DNA of 64,000 nt from Nostoc sp. DedSLP01 (GTDB taxonomy: Bacteria; Cyanobacteriota; Cyanobacteriia; Cyanobacteriales; Nostocaceae): positions 1 to 64,000 of the forward strand of contig JAVRCJ020000020.1 of the NCBI GenBank assembly GCA_034530875.2, written 5' to 3'. This document shows positions 53,777-64,000 of the stretch, in pieces. A model generated the notes under the pieces. That model saw nothing but the letters and a program-made list of their open reading frames with translations, was not told where the DNA came from and did not search any database. The first letter of the stretch is position 1. The number at the start of each line of letters is the position of its first letter. Both the position numbers and the translations under genes were made by a program.

Positions 53777-54696
53777 TTTTTATCTCGAGAAGCGGTCGAT
53801 GGTAATCCCAGTAAACGTGAAACCAATGCTAGTGCCTTGGCGCCTATCTGACGAGCAAAGCTCAAAAGACCAGGAGCAACAGCTTCCCGATCCACAGTTG
53901 GGGACAACAAAGCCTCTAATGACTCTTTCAGTTTCCGAATTGTCAGTGGTCTATTTAGGGTTCCCCGTTCCGCTAAGGAAATAGAACCTGTTTCTTCAGA
54001 TACAACCACACAAATGCAGTTTTCGACCCGTTCAGTAATTCCCATAGCCGCCCGATGGCGTGTTCCCAACTGGCGCGAGGCTGTGCGTCCCGAAAGCGGT
54101 AAAATTATACCTGATGCTACAATCCGCGAACCACGGATTAATGTTGCTCCATCGTGTAACAAAGTTTTCGGCTGAAAAATCGTCTGAATCAGTTCTTTAG
54201 AAACTTCTGCGTTTAACTTTACTCCTGGCACAGAAAAATCCCGTTCATCAATTGGGCCTGTGGTTTCCAAAATCAGTAAAGCTCCAATGCGGTTTTTTGA
54301 CAATTCTTTAACAGCTTCAACAATTTCATCAATTACACTATCAGATTTGGGGATTGCCAAACGATTGGGTTGAAACAGCTGGCGGAATTCGCCGCGTCCC
54401 AATTGTTCTAAAAACCGCCGAAATTCTGACTGGAGAGCAACAGCCATCGCTACAGCACAACCAATCACCAATTTTTCCAAAACAAAATTTAGCAGAGGTA
54501 GGCCAAATCTGCCACTGAGTGCCGAGGCTAGCATTAAAACAATGAATCCCCGCACCATCCATAGTGTCCGGCGCTCGCTAATAATAACTAGTATCATGTA
54601 CGTCAGCGCCAGGACTAACACAATATCCAGAGTCCCAAGCAGCAAGGACTGTGACCATCCCAGGTTTATCAGCCATTGCTTCCACCAATCTCTCAT
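53773..54696 (-). CDS. cdaA: Diadenylate cyclase
   Basis: Three TM helices, LHDGA and GTRHRAA DAC motifs; lysA-cdaA-uppS gene order. Confidence 0.95.
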   Translation of the reverse strand: MRDWWKQWLINLGWSQSLLLGTLDIVLVLALTYMILVIISERRTLWMVRGFIVLMLASALSGRFGLPLLNFVLEKLVIGCAVAMAVALQSEFRRFLEQLGRGEFRQLFQPNRLAIPKSDSVIDEIVEAVKELSKNRIGALLILETTGPIDERDFSVPGVKLNAEVSKELIQTIFQPKTLLHDGATLIRGSRIVASGIILPLSGRTASRQLGTRHRAAMGITERVENCICVVVSEETGSISLAERGTLNRPLTIRKLKESLEALLSPTVDREAVAPGLLSFARQIGAKALALVSRLLGLPSTASRDKK

Positions 54697-54738
54697 GACA
54701 TCTGGATTAAACTTTTGCCTCTAATTACGGTTAGTCAT

Positions 54739-54861
54739 TAGACTTCTTACAGAAGTCGGGAAAAGGGTAAGGGGGAAAGGGGAAAGGGATAAGAAAAAAC
54801 CCTTTCCCTTTTACCTTTTCCCTTTGCCCCCTCTTGCAAAACTCTTTTTGCAAGAGGTCTA
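54739..54861 (-). mobile_element. ~123-bp MITE-like dispersed element, copy 2
   Basis: Ends are tagacttcttacagaag and ttttgcaagaggtcta. Its reverse complement aligns with 43787-43910. It interrupts a TTAGTCA heptamer run. Confidence 0.78.
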
Positions 54862-54959
54862 TTAGTCATTAGTCATTTGTGATTAAACAGCGTCTACTTT
54901 GAAAACCTTAGTTTTTTGTTAGGTTTAAAAATAGACAGAGTTTAGTTCTTGGCTAATGA

Positions 54960-55003
54960 ACGCCACTTGCTTCAACGGGGGGAACCCCGCAACGCAGTGG
55001 CTC
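54960..55003 (+). repeat. SDR-like structured element, copy 2
   Basis: acgccacttgcttcaacggggggaaccccgcaacgcagtggctc, with the same architecture as 142-186. Confidence 0.78.
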
Positions 55004-55024
55004 CCAATGACCAAGGACAAATGA

Positions 55025-56434
55025 CTAAATTTTTAGTCTTTGGGGTAGGCGATCTTGCCGAATTAAATCTTGATAAGTTTCGCGTTGCAAAATTAAATTT
55101 GCTTCGCCATTCGCTACTACTACTGCTGCCGATCGCGGTAAGCGGTTGTAGTTAGATGCCATACTGTAATTGTACGCACCAGTTCCCATAACTACGAGAA
55201 TATCTCCTGGTTCTGTCTTTGGAAGTAGAGCATTATGAATCAGAATATCTCCTGATTCACAATGTTTACCAGCTATTGTGACTGTTTCTGTTAAAGGAGA
55301 GGACATTTTGTTGGCAACTACTGTCCGATAAACCGATTGGTAAGTAATTGGGCGAGGATTGTCAGACATTCCCCCATCAATTGCTACATAGGTACGGATT
55401 TCTGGAATAACTTTAGACGAACCAATAGTGTAGGCTGTAACGCAAGCTGTGGCAATTAGCGATCGCCCCGGTTCGCAAAGTAATTTTGGCAAAGGCAAAT
55501 TTTCGGCTGCACAAGCTTCTTGAATTACTTCACAAATCGGCTTTACCCACTCTTCAATGCTAGGGGGGTCGTCTGATTCAGTATACTTAATACCTAAACC
55601 ACCACCGACATTTAACTCTGTCAAATTTAAACCATACTTTTTCGCATCACGGAACCACTGCACCATTAAAGCAGCCAAATCCCGATGCGGTTGGCGCTCA
55701 AAAATTTGCGAACCGATATGAGCGTGTAAGCCTACGCAGTTAATGAGAGATTGTTTGCTGACAAAAGTAAATAATTCCTCAAGTTCATTTGGATCGAAGC
55801 CAAATTTACTATCTAGTTGCCCCGTGCGGATATATTCATGCGTGTGGCATTCAATACCCGGAGTCAGACGCAACAAAAATCTAGGTTGTACCGACGGGGA
55901 ATTTGCCGCCTCAACGATTTCTACCAAAGTGCGTAACTCGTGCCAGTTATCCACCACAATAGTGCAACCGACTTCTGTGGCAAAAATCAGTTCTTGACGC
56001 GATTTATTGTTGCTATGAAAATAGATTTTCTCAGGATTGACGCCTGCTTGCAGCGCGGTGTAAAGTTCGCCACCTGAAGCGACATCAATTCCTAAACCCT
56101 CAGAGGCGACGAGCGCACAAACTGCCAGACAATTCCAAGCTTTTGAGGCATACAATACTTGAGATTCGCCTTGGTAATGTTGCTTGAAAGTATCTCGGTA
56201 TTGCTGACAACCCAAACGCAGTGTTTCTTCATCTAAAATATATAAAGGCGAACCAAACTGCTTAACTAGGGTTGTAACATCACACCCACCAATTTCCAAG
56301 AAGTCGCGATCGTGAACTCTGGCTGTTAAGGGTAAAAGTTCCTGGTTAGGCGAGGAATTTGCATTGTCGCTCTGCCTTTGAGGTAAATATTGACTTCCAG
56401 AATGTTGAACCCCAGTGGGGTGAGTCGATACCAT
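55025..56434 (-). CDS. lysA: Diaminopimelate decarboxylase
   Basis: YASKA, SKFG, HIGSQ, EPGRS, HCESGD and GAYNYSMASNYN motifs. Confidence 0.97.
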   Translation of the reverse strand: MVSTHPTGVQHSGSQYLPQRQSDNANSSPNQELLPLTARVHDRDFLEIGGCDVTTLVKQFGSPLYILDEETLRLGCQQYRDTFKQHYQGESQVLYASKAWNCLAVCALVASEGLGIDVASGGELYTALQAGVNPEKIYFHSNNKSRQELIFATEVGCTIVVDNWHELRTLVEIVEAANSPSVQPRFLLRLTPGIECHTHEYIRTGQLDSKFGFDPNELEELFTFVSKQSLINCVGLHAHIGSQIFERQPHRDLAALMVQWFRDAKKYGLNLTELNVGGGLGIKYTESDDPPSIEEWVKPICEVIQEACAAENLPLPKLLCEPGRSLIATACVTAYTIGSSKVIPEIRTYVAIDGGMSDNPRPITYQSVYRTVVANKMSSPLTETVTIAGKHCESGDILIHNALLPKTEPGDILVVMGTGAYNYSMASNYNRLPRSAAVVVANGEANLILQRETYQDLIRQDRLPQRLKI

Positions 56435-56542
56435 AACTATAATTAATTGTCCTTGTTTAAAATACTGGGGTGAGAAAATCTCCCGTTTCCCAGTTTACCT
56501 TTTTCAGCAATCAGCCTCACACTGAACCTCAAAGAGATGGTG

Positions 56543-56728
56543 GGGATTGGGGACTGGGGACTGGTTGCTGGTGACTGGTGACTGGGTATGAGTCATTGGC
56601 AGTGTGGGAGGTGTGGGAGGATGGGGAAGAAATCTTTCCTCCCTCTCTCCCCAGACTCCCCCATCTCCTCATCTCCCCCCTCTCCCCGCACTCCCCACAC
56701 TTTCCATCTGCCCCAGTCCCCAGTCCCT
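56543..56728. repeat. GGGGACT STRR arrays enclosing a nonamer-based inverted repeat element
   Basis: gggattggggactggggactgg ... gtgtgggaggtgtgggaggatggggaagaaatctttcc ... ccccagtccccagtccc. Confidence 0.75.
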
Positions 56729-56803
56729 TCGATTAGAAAGTTCTAGCGTTAGCTAACCTTTGGCTAAGTCTTGCGTAACGGTTTTTAACCCTATTCAATA
56801 AAC

Positions 56804-57352
56804 GTGATTTCATTAGACTTAGAAATTAAATTACTCACAAAAGAGCATCTAAGTGCATTGCTGGAACTAGATCGAGCTTGTTTCGGCGGTCTTTGGACAA
56901 TGGAGGCTTACCAACGAGAGTTGGACAGTCCCAACAGCGAGTTACTTGGCTTATTTTCCCCTATCTCTAGTTCCAAACTGCTAGGAATGGGTTGCTTTTG
57001 GTCAATTTTAGAAGAAGCTCACATTACAATTTTGGCGGTTCATCCCCAATATCACCGCCAAGGTTTAGGACAGGCTTTACTATATTCAGTCCTTAAGACA
57101 GCTTGCGATCGCGGTTTAGAGCGAGCTACCCTCGAAGTCCGAGCTTCCAACGCTGGGGCTATATCTTTATATCAAAAATTTGGCTTTAAAACAGCGGGGC
57201 GCCGTCGGCGTTACTACCAAGATAACGGTGAAGACGCCTTAATCCTTTGGCTCTCAGACCTCCAACACCCCAAATTTCAAGCCACTTTAGACCGCTGGTA
57301 TTCCATTGTCAGCGATCGCTTAAGTAAATCGTCTTGGCATTTAGTTTTTTAA
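56804..57352 (+). CDS. rimI: Ribosomal protein S18-alanine N-acetyltransferase (GNAT)
   Basis: EAHITILAVHP..RQGLG, TLEVRASN, LYQKFGF and RRRYYQDNGEDA motifs. Confidence 0.92.
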   Translation: MISLDLEIKLLTKEHLSALLELDRACFGGLWTMEAYQRELDSPNSELLGLFSPISSSKLLGMGCFWSILEEAHITILAVHPQYHRQGLGQALLYSVLKTACDRGLERATLEVRASNAGAISLYQKFGFKTAGRRRRYYQDNGEDALILWLSDLQHPKFQATLDRWYSIVSDRLSKSSWHLVF

Positions 57353-57784
57353 GCCAGTGAGGAGACAAGGGGAACAAATAATATCCAATGCCCTCATAAG
57401 AAATACCCACCTTCCCCAAAAAAGTGCAACTTGACCCCGCATAATTTTATTTAATTTTTTGATAAAAAAATAATTTTTAATAAAAAATTTTTATATAAAA
57501 ATTTATATCTTGATTTTAAGCAAAAAATATGCTAATAATGAGTATTTGGGATTAAGTTAAAAATACTTAAATTAGCAGTCAATTATTTGTAACAAATCCT
57601 AAAAAGGCTGGTAGACTAAAGCTCCTCAGTACACTAGCCAAGTGAAAGCAGTACAAAGGTAGTAATTTCCGCATTAACCTCCATCAGCAGCTTTGGATGT
57701 CTATAATCTGTTATACAGGCGTCCAAAAGCTTAGCCTGTGCTAAAATCAGCGTACCGGCACGACGCAGGTGATGGGATAAAGCC

Positions 57785-60253
57785 ATGTTTGAACGCTTCA
57801 CAGAAAAAGCCATTAAGGTAATTATGCTGGCCCAAGAAGAGGCCCGCCGTTTAGGCCACAATTTTGTCGGCACCGAGCAGATCCTCCTGGGTCTCATTGG
57901 TGAAGGCACCGGTGTGGCCGCTAAGGTGCTCAAATCAATGGGCGTCAATCTCAAAGACGCTCGCATTGAAGTTGAAAAAATTATAGGCCGGGGATCGGGC
58001 TTTGTGGCCGTGGAAATTCCGTTTACGCCACGGGCAAAGCGAGTTCTAGAACTCTCCTTGGAAGAAGCACGCCAACTGGGGCATAACTACATTGGCACCG
58101 AGCATCTGCTGTTGGGCCTAATCCGCGAAGGGGAAGGTGTAGCAGCTAGGGTGCTAGAAAACCTCGGTGTCGATCTATCCAAGGTAAGAACTCAAGTCAT
58201 CCGCATGTTGGGAGAAACTGCTGAAGTTTCACCAGGCGGTTCATCGGGTCGGACAAAAACCCCGACTTTGGATGAATTTGGCTCTAACCTGACCCAAATG
58301 GCCACAGACAATAAGCTCGATCCTGTAGTAGGACGCGCCAAAGAAATTGAGCGGGTGATTCAGATATTGGGTCGCCGCACTAAAAATAACCCAGTACTGA
58401 TTGGGGAACCAGGTGTTGGTAAAACTGCGATCGCTGAAGGTTTAGCTTCACGCATTGCCAACAAAGATGTCCCTGACATCCTGGAAGATAAACGCGTAGT
58501 CACACTGGATATCGGTTTGCTGGTAGCAGGTACCAAGTACCGGGGTGAATTTGAAGAACGTTTGAAGAAAATCATGGATGAAATCCGTTCTGCGGGTAAT
58601 GTCATCCTGGTAATTGACGAAGTTCATACCCTAATTGGTGCAGGTGCGGCAGAAGGTGCCATCGACGCAGCCAATATCCTCAAGCCAGCTTTAGCTAGAG
58701 GTGAGTTGCAGTGCATCGGTGCGACAACCCTAGATGAATATCGCAAACACATCGAACGGGATGCAGCCCTAGAGCGCCGTTTCCAACCAGTAATGGTGGG
58801 CGAACCCAGTGTAGATGAAACAATTGAAATTTTATATGGTCTGCGCGATCGCTACGAGCAACACCACAAGCTGAAAATCTCCGATGAAGCTTTGGTAGCA
58901 GCAGCGAAATTGTCAGACCGTTATATTAGCGATCGCTACCTCCCAGATAAAGCCATCGACTTGGTAGATGAAGCTGGTTCTCGCGTGCGTTTAATTAACT
59001 CCCAACTTCCACCCGCAGCCAAAGAGTTAGATAAAGAACTGCGTCAGATCTTAAAAGAAAAAGATGATGCAGTGCGCTCTCAAGACTTCGACAAAGCTGG
59101 GGAATTGCGCGATCGGGAGATGGAAATCAAAGCCGAAATCAGGGCTATTGCTCAAAGCAAGGCCAATGCAACTGGTTCCGAACACGAAGAACCCGTAGTT
59201 ACAGAAGAAGACATTGCCCATATTGTCGCTTCCTGGACTGGCGTACCGGTGAACAAACTCACCGAATCGGAATCAGAAAAGCTGCTGCACATGGAAGACA
59301 CCTTGCATCAGCGTTTAATTGGTCAAGAAGACGCTGTAAAAGCAGTTTCACGGGCTATTCGTCGCGCTCGTGTCGGTTTGAAGAATCCCAATCGACCCAT
59401 TGCTAGTTTCGTCTTCTCCGGGCCTACTGGTGTAGGTAAAACCGAGTTAGCGAAATCCTTAGCTGCTTACTTCTTCGGTTCCGAAGAAGCCATGATCCGC
59501 TTAGATATGTCCGAATACATGGAGCGTCACACCGTTAGTAAGCTGATTGGTTCGCCTCCTGGTTATGTTGGTTATAACGAAGGCGGTCAACTAACCGAAG
59601 CCGTGCGGCGGCGTCCTTACACCGTGGTGCTGTTCGACGAAATCGAAAAAGCGCACCCCGATGTATTCAATATGCTGCTGCAAATTTTGGAAGACGGTCG
59701 CTTAACTGATGCTAAAGGTCGCACGGTAGACTTCAAGAACACCTTGCTGATTTTAACTTCCAATATTGGTTCTAAGGTAATTGAGAAAGGCGCTTCCACC
59801 ATCGGCTTTGAGTTTGCTGATGATGTTGGCGAATCACAATACAACCGCATCAAGACCCTGGTAAACGAAGAATTAAAACAGTACTTCCGTCCAGAGTTCC
59901 TCAACCGACTCGATGAAATTATCGTCTTCCGTCAGTTGAGCAAGCCAGAGGTGACCCAAATCGCCGAAATTATGCTCAAGGAAGTATTCGGTCGTCTCAC
60001 AGAAAAAGGTATCACCTTAGAAGTCAGCGATCGCTTCAAAGATCGTTTGATTCAAGAAGGTTACAGTCCCAGCTACGGCGCAAGACCATTACGCCGAGCG
60101 ATTATGCGCTTGTTAGAAGATAGCCTAGCAGAGGAAATCCTCTCTGGTCGCATCAAGGATGGCGATACAGCCTTAGTTGATGTTGACGAGAACGGTACTG
60201 TCCAGGTGAGCGCGCAAGAGCGTCGGGAATTGTTACCCCAAGGCGTCGAGTAA
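57785..60253 (+). CDS. clpC: ATP-dependent Clp protease ATP-binding subunit ClpC
   Basis: [12 protein letters not shown] start; two Walker A motifs ([16 protein letters not shown]); UVR domain. Confidence 0.98.
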   Translation: MFERFTEKAIKVIMLAQEEARRLGHNFVGTEQILLGLIGEGTGVAAKVLKSMGVNLKDARIEVEKIIGRGSGFVAVEIPFTPRAKRVLELSLEEARQLGHNYIGTEHLLLGLIREGEGVAARVLENLGVDLSKVRTQVIRMLGETAEVSPGGSSGRTKTPTLDEFGSNLTQMATDNKLDPVVGRAKEIERVIQILGRRTKNNPVLIGEPGVGKTAIAEGLASRIANKDVPDILEDKRVVTLDIGLLVAGTKYRGEFEERLKKIMDEIRSAGNVILVIDEVHTLIGAGAAEGAIDAANILKPALARGELQCIGATTLDEYRKHIERDAALERRFQPVMVGEPSVDETIEILYGLRDRYEQHHKLKISDEALVAAAKLSDRYISDRYLPDKAIDLVDEAGSRVRLINSQLPPAAKELDKELRQILKEKDDAVRSQDFDKAGELRDREMEIKAEIRAIAQSKANATGSEHEEPVVTEEDIAHIVASWTGVPVNKLTESESEKLLHMEDTLHQRLIGQEDAVKAVSRAIRRARVGLKNPNRPIASFVFSGPTGVGKTELAKSLAAYFFGSEEAMIRLDMSEYMERHTVSKLIGSPPGYVGYNEGGQLTEAVRRRPYTVVLFDEIEKAHPDVFNMLLQILEDGRLTDAKGRTVDFKNTLLILTSNIGSKVIEKGASTIGFEFADDVGESQYNRIKTLVNEELKQYFRPEFLNRLDEIIVFRQLSKPEVTQIAEIMLKEVFGRLTEKGITLEVSDRFKDRLIQEGYSPSYGARPLRRAIMRLLEDSLAEEILSGRIKDGDTALVDVDENGTVQVSAQERRELLPQGVE

Positions 60254-60290
60254 GATTTAAAATTTGGGATTTTAATCTCAAATAGAAAAT

Positions 60291-60331
60291 TAGAAAACGG
60301 TAGAGGAATTCAACCCTTTACCGTTTTTCTA
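60291..60331 (+). terminator. Terminator-like hairpin after clpC
   Basis: tagaaaacggtagagg-aattcaa-ccctttaccgtttttcta. Confidence 0.65.
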
Positions 60332-60492
60332 TGCATAACTTAGATTTATCAAAACATTGAAGAGTTGTACTTGCTTTTTAAATATATGCACTTTCTTCCA
60401 ACTGCGCTGCAAATTGTCACCCCAAAAAGTTGAATAAGACAAATTTTAGCTCGCTAGCCATCATGTTATATTGATCGGATAAGCACTAAAAG

Positions 60493-60711
60493 GTGTTCAA
60501 AGTTATGACCTTCAGTGATGTAGTTGAAGCAATTAAAAGTCTTTCCACCGAAGAAAAACTAGAAATTCAACTGCTATTGCAGCAATATCTCCGAGAAGAA
60601 AGGCGCGAAGAGATTTATCATAATTTTCGGACGGCACAAGTAGAACAGCAAAATGGTGAACTAAAGTTTTCGTCCAATATTGATGAACTGAGACAACTAA
60701 TAGAAGAATAA
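60493..60711 (+). CDS. Putative antitoxin
   Basis: Small acidic protein ending GELKFSSNIDEL; TAATG overlap with the toxin gene. Confidence 0.72.
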   Translation: MFKVMTFSDVVEAIKSLSTEEKLEIQLLLQQYLREERREEIYHNFRTAQVEQQNGELKFSSNIDELRQLIEE

Positions 60712-60980
60712 TGGTAGAAGTAAGTTTCAGTTCTTTATTTAAATGTGCTTTTAAAAAGCGAATTCAAAGGAATGTAGATTTAGAAACACGGTTTTGGCAA
60801 AAGTTGGAGCAATTTACAGCAAATCCATTTGATGAGGGTTTGAAAACTCATAAATTATCAGGCAAACTTAAAAATTTATGGAGTTTTAGCGTAGATTATG
60901 ACGATAGAGTAGTTTTTTACTTTACAGATGATGGAGATGTTGTGTTTGTAGATATTGGTAGTCACGATGAAGTTTACTAA
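60711..60980 (+). CDS. RelE/YafQ-family mRNA interferase toxin
   Basis: LKTHKLSGKL..LWSFSVDYDDRVVF...DIGSHDEVY. Confidence 0.9.
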   Translation: MVEVSFSSLFKCAFKKRIQRNVDLETRFWQKLEQFTANPFDEGLKTHKLSGKLKNLWSFSVDYDDRVVFYFTDDGDVVFVDIGSHDEVY

Positions 60981-61071
60981 GTAAAATCTATTAATAGGTG
61001 GATAAAAATCAATATTAAAAAAACGGTAGAAGACAAAACTGAGTAGAGACCATAAATCAAGGAGTAAAGAC

Positions 61072-61344
61072 GTGCAAAGCATACTTTTAAGCCGCGAAGA
61101 AGTTGCACGACGTGCGAAAGAATTATATGAAAACAGCATTCGTCAACAAGTGGAACGAGAAGAAAACATCGGCAAAATGGTGATTATTGATATAGAAACA
61201 GGTGAATACGCAATTGACAAAACAGGTATAGAATCAGCACGATATTTACGTAAAAAATCGCCATTTGCTCGACTATACGGAATTCGCATTGGTTACAAAG
61301 TTGCTGTTTCCTTCTGTGGCTTTTTGGAGCGCGATTCACAGTGA
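61072..61344 (+). CDS. Hypothetical protein, partner of the aspartic protease
   Basis: AGGAG RBS and GTG start; GKMVIIDIETGEY...RIG motif; GTGA overlap with the next gene. Confidence 0.8.
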   Translation: MQSILLSREEVARRAKELYENSIRQQVEREENIGKMVIIDIETGEYAIDKTGIESARYLRKKSPFARLYGIRIGYKVAVSFCGFLERDSQ

Positions 61345-61706
61345 TTTCTGGTATTGTCAAGGATGCACACCCAACTGTTAATGTTGCATTTCGACTGTCA
61401 AATATACCAGATTTTACTATTGAATTTGTTATAGACACAGGTTTTACAGGTTATCTTTGTCTACCACCAGAAGCAGTTGTTTTGTTGGGTTTACCGTTAC
61501 TATATGAACTACCTGCAAATCTAGCTAATAATAGTTGGGTAGATATACCAGTACATGAAGCTGTTATTATTTGGAATGGTGAAGAAAGAGTAGTTAATGT
61601 ACTTGCTACAGGAAAGCGACCTTTACTAGGGACTGCTTTACTGGATGAGCATGAACTTGTCATACAGTTTACTGAAGGTGGTTTAGTAACAATTGAAGAG
61701 TTGTAG
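61341..61706 (+). CDS. Clan AA (retropepsin-like) aspartic protease
   Basis: FVIDTGFTG catalytic motif and PLLGTALL. Confidence 0.88.
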   Translation: MISGIVKDAHPTVNVAFRLSNIPDFTIEFVIDTGFTGYLCLPPEAVVLLGLPLLYELPANLANNSWVDIPVHEAVIIWNGEERVVNVLATGKRPLLGTALLDEHELVIQFTEGGLVTIEEL

Positions 61707-61942
61707 TTGCTTTCGGAATATATCCATTTTCACCAACAGTATTAGCCAAATACACAGGTCAAAATAACTCCAGAAAACAAACATAATTTGTTGCTATTGA
61801 CCTAGATATTGTAAAGCTAAAGCTATATGTTTGGACGATTCAAGCAGCAGTAATTTTTAAGTCAAGAGTATACGACCAATTTATTGAAGAGATATTTTAA
61901 ATTTTGCAAGTATTAGTCGTAATAGATTGTTTACTCAAACAT

Positions 61943-62839
61943 CTATGTGTATGATTTAGCGCTGGGAGTCAAGCTCATTAAATCATCAATATTGAGTTTC
62001 ATTGTCTTGCAAATTGCATCTAATGGTAAGTCATTCGCATCATAACCAAATGGATTTTCTATTTCCAATCCTATGGCTTCAATGCCAAAGAGTGTAAAAC
62101 CAACTAAAGCAGAGATTAAACCTGTCCACCAACCGAGACTACTTACAATTTGAAATGGCAGCAATAAGCAATATAGTACCAGCAATTGCTTCAAATGAAT
62201 GGCATAGGCCAGCGGCATTGGTGTTTTTAAAATCCGTTCGCAAGCACCTAAATTATCCACAAGATTATTTAATAATTCTTGCATAGCTGTTAATTGATAG
62301 CTATTGATACAATTACGATGATATTGCTGTTGTAAATAATCGCTTATCCAAAAAGCTACTTCGATAGGAGGGTTATTCATAATCTTGAGTTTGATAAATT
62401 TGCTAGAGGACATTAGTTCTTCTAGTTCACTATTCGCAGCTTCTCCGCGTAGATGTAGTTTAATGGCGACTGCAAAAGCCACCAATAAATTTAATGCTGC
62501 GATTTTATTATCTTTGTCTTCTGGAGATATTTCTTCAACTGATACCCAAATTTGCCGCGCTAGATTTCGGACATTATTTACTATAGAACCCCAGCATTTT
62601 CTGCCTTCCCAAAATCGCTCATAAGCAGTATTTGTACGAAATACAAGTAATAAACCTAAAACAATACTAGGAATAACACTTCCTAAAATAGGTTGCGATA
62701 CAGGTAGTTTTAAAAAATAAAGTTGAGAAACAAAAAATCCAAAAATTCCGCACAATAAAACTTTTTTGTAAATCGCTTTGACGACTGAACCTTTAAGTTG
62801 CAATGTTGTCTGTACCCATTTCAGGTTTTCAGCACTCAT
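61943..62839 (-). CDS. Bestrophin family ion channel (YneE-like)
   Basis: LLVFRTNTAYERFWEGRKCWG, ERILKTPMP and IENPFGYDANDLPL motifs. Confidence 0.93.
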   Translation of the reverse strand: MSAENLKWVQTTLQLKGSVVKAIYKKVLLCGIFGFFVSQLYFLKLPVSQPILGSVIPSIVLGLLLVFRTNTAYERFWEGRKCWGSIVNNVRNLARQIWVSVEEISPEDKDNKIAALNLLVAFAVAIKLHLRGEAANSELEELMSSSKFIKLKIMNNPPIEVAFWISDYLQQQYHRNCINSYQLTAMQELLNNLVDNLGACERILKTPMPLAYAIHLKQLLVLYCLLLPFQIVSSLGWWTGLISALVGFTLFGIEAIGLEIENPFGYDANDLPLDAICKTMKLNIDDLMSLTPSAKSYT

Positions 62840-63239
62840 GTAGTCACCCCTAGAGAACATCTCAGTAACTTCAAAATAATAGCTTTAGAATCGGCACTAT
62901 TGCCAATGAAAATACTGTAAAAAAGAGCGCTATAAACCAATGAATATACTTAGAGAAAGCCTGTATTCTACTTTCTACTTGAAAAATTGAAAAGCAATGC
63001 CTACGTCTGACTACGGATATACAGTCGATTGCAAAGAAATGTAACACTTTTAAATTGGCTGCATAAATCATAGGTCGTACGCCGATAAAACTATAGAAGA
63101 AAAGGTACGCGATAACGATGATGACTATACGTCATTAATCGCTATCATGTACCCCAGTAAATCAACAAGTTGTAACCTGTACAAATCCTGCCCTGTAAAT
63201 TCAGCGATTAGACATAACTTATTTAGTTATGTCTTTTTT

Positions 63240-63623
63240 TTAATTAGTCTCAAAACGTTGAATTTCAATCAAATAACCACTAGGATCTCGTAAGAAGCAC
63301 TGATAAATATTATACTTTTTGTTTAGTGTAGGCGGCTTTTCAAATTTAACGCCACGTTCTTGGAGATATTCAAACCATTCATCTACCTGCGCTGTTACCA
63401 AAGTAAAAATAACATTTGATTGGTTTTCAAGTGCAGGAATAGATTTTTCGCTTGCTTGGCACAATCCTAAGTATCCAGAGCCAGTAACAGTGTAAATTCG
63501 ACAGGTTCCTTGGTCAAGCCACAACTCTAAGCCCAGTTTTTGTTCGTAGAATTCTGTAGACGCGTTGAGGTCGTGGGTGTAAAAGAAGGTAATCTGCTGA
63601 TAAATTTGCGGTTGATGAGGCAT
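63240..63623 (-). CDS. VOC/glyoxalase family protein
   Basis: DLNASTEFYEQKLGL...FLRDPSGYLIEI; ATG at 63623. Confidence 0.9.
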   Translation of the reverse strand: MPHQPQIYQQITFFYTHDLNASTEFYEQKLGLELWLDQGTCRIYTVTGSGYLGLCQASEKSIPALENQSNVIFTLVTAQVDEWFEYLQERGVKFEKPPTLNKKYNIYQCFLRDPSGYLIEIQRFETN

Positions 63624-63868
63624 AAAACACATTTGAGTATATACCCTAACGACAGATAGCGATCGCAAATGTAAAAATTAATTTATGTTAGAAACCTGTT
63701 ACTACTCCAGAGCGCCTTGAGCGTATCTGGAGTTTCTTTTTGGACTAAATCAAAATTTTCTAAATCATCCGGATCGGCTACAACAAGCTTGAATAGGGAT
63801 GCATAACGAATTATTTATATATAACACGGAGCATCCCTTGTTGATGTACTCCTCTGCCAAACAACTCT

Positions 63869-63905
63869 CGCAAAAAAGCCCCACTTTATTTGGGGCTTTT
63901 TTGCG
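63869..63905. terminator. Bidirectional terminator-like hairpin
   Basis: cgcaaaaaagcccca-ctttatt-tggggcttttttgcg, a perfect 15-bp stem with A- and T-tracts. Confidence 0.75.
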
Positions 63906-64000
63906 TTGAAGGTACGTAAACCAAAACTAGAATATCGAGTTAAGGGAGACATTTATATAGATTTGAGTGTATACCCTGATGACGTAGGATTCACGGATGG

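Noticed and set aside
53027..56434. lysA-cdaA-uppS as a novel c-di-AMP system
   Set aside because: This gene order is a known conserved arrangement in cyanobacteria.

Overview
Chromosomal window from a heterocyst-forming (Nostocales-type) cyanobacterium. The assignment rests on the many HIP1 (GCGATCGC) sites, heptamer STRR arrays, psaA/psaB/psaX, HstK-type kinases and a HrmK-like hybrid kinase. Most genes are housekeeping or signalling: two giant Ser/Thr kinase-AAA-GAF-His kinase proteins, hybrid kinases, atzE/atzG-like genes, glutaminase, psaAB, cynS, larE, lipA, dnaK-dnaJ, lysA-cdaA-uppS, rimI and clpC. Small accessory inserts lie between them: an IS982 remnant, toxin-antitoxin pairs, an orphan PvuII-like methyltransferase and nested MITEs. 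Best novelty candidates: (1) a two-gene RiPP-like locus at 28320-29803, with a double-glycine-leader precursor carrying a PFPLGI motif and a radical SAM enzyme whose SPASM-like region has lost its cysteines; (2) a DUF4157 protein at 51309-52682 with a mirror-symmetric six-Cys/glycine-zipper C-terminal cargo, bracketed by an 85-bp direct repeat; (3) a PsaA that appears to have lost Met/Cys at normally conserved positions; (4) several tiny mobile repeats inserted in frame into genes. psaX is missing from the ORF track but present at 33976-34113 (-). All family assignments come from reading motifs and from recalled sequences; no database search was run.
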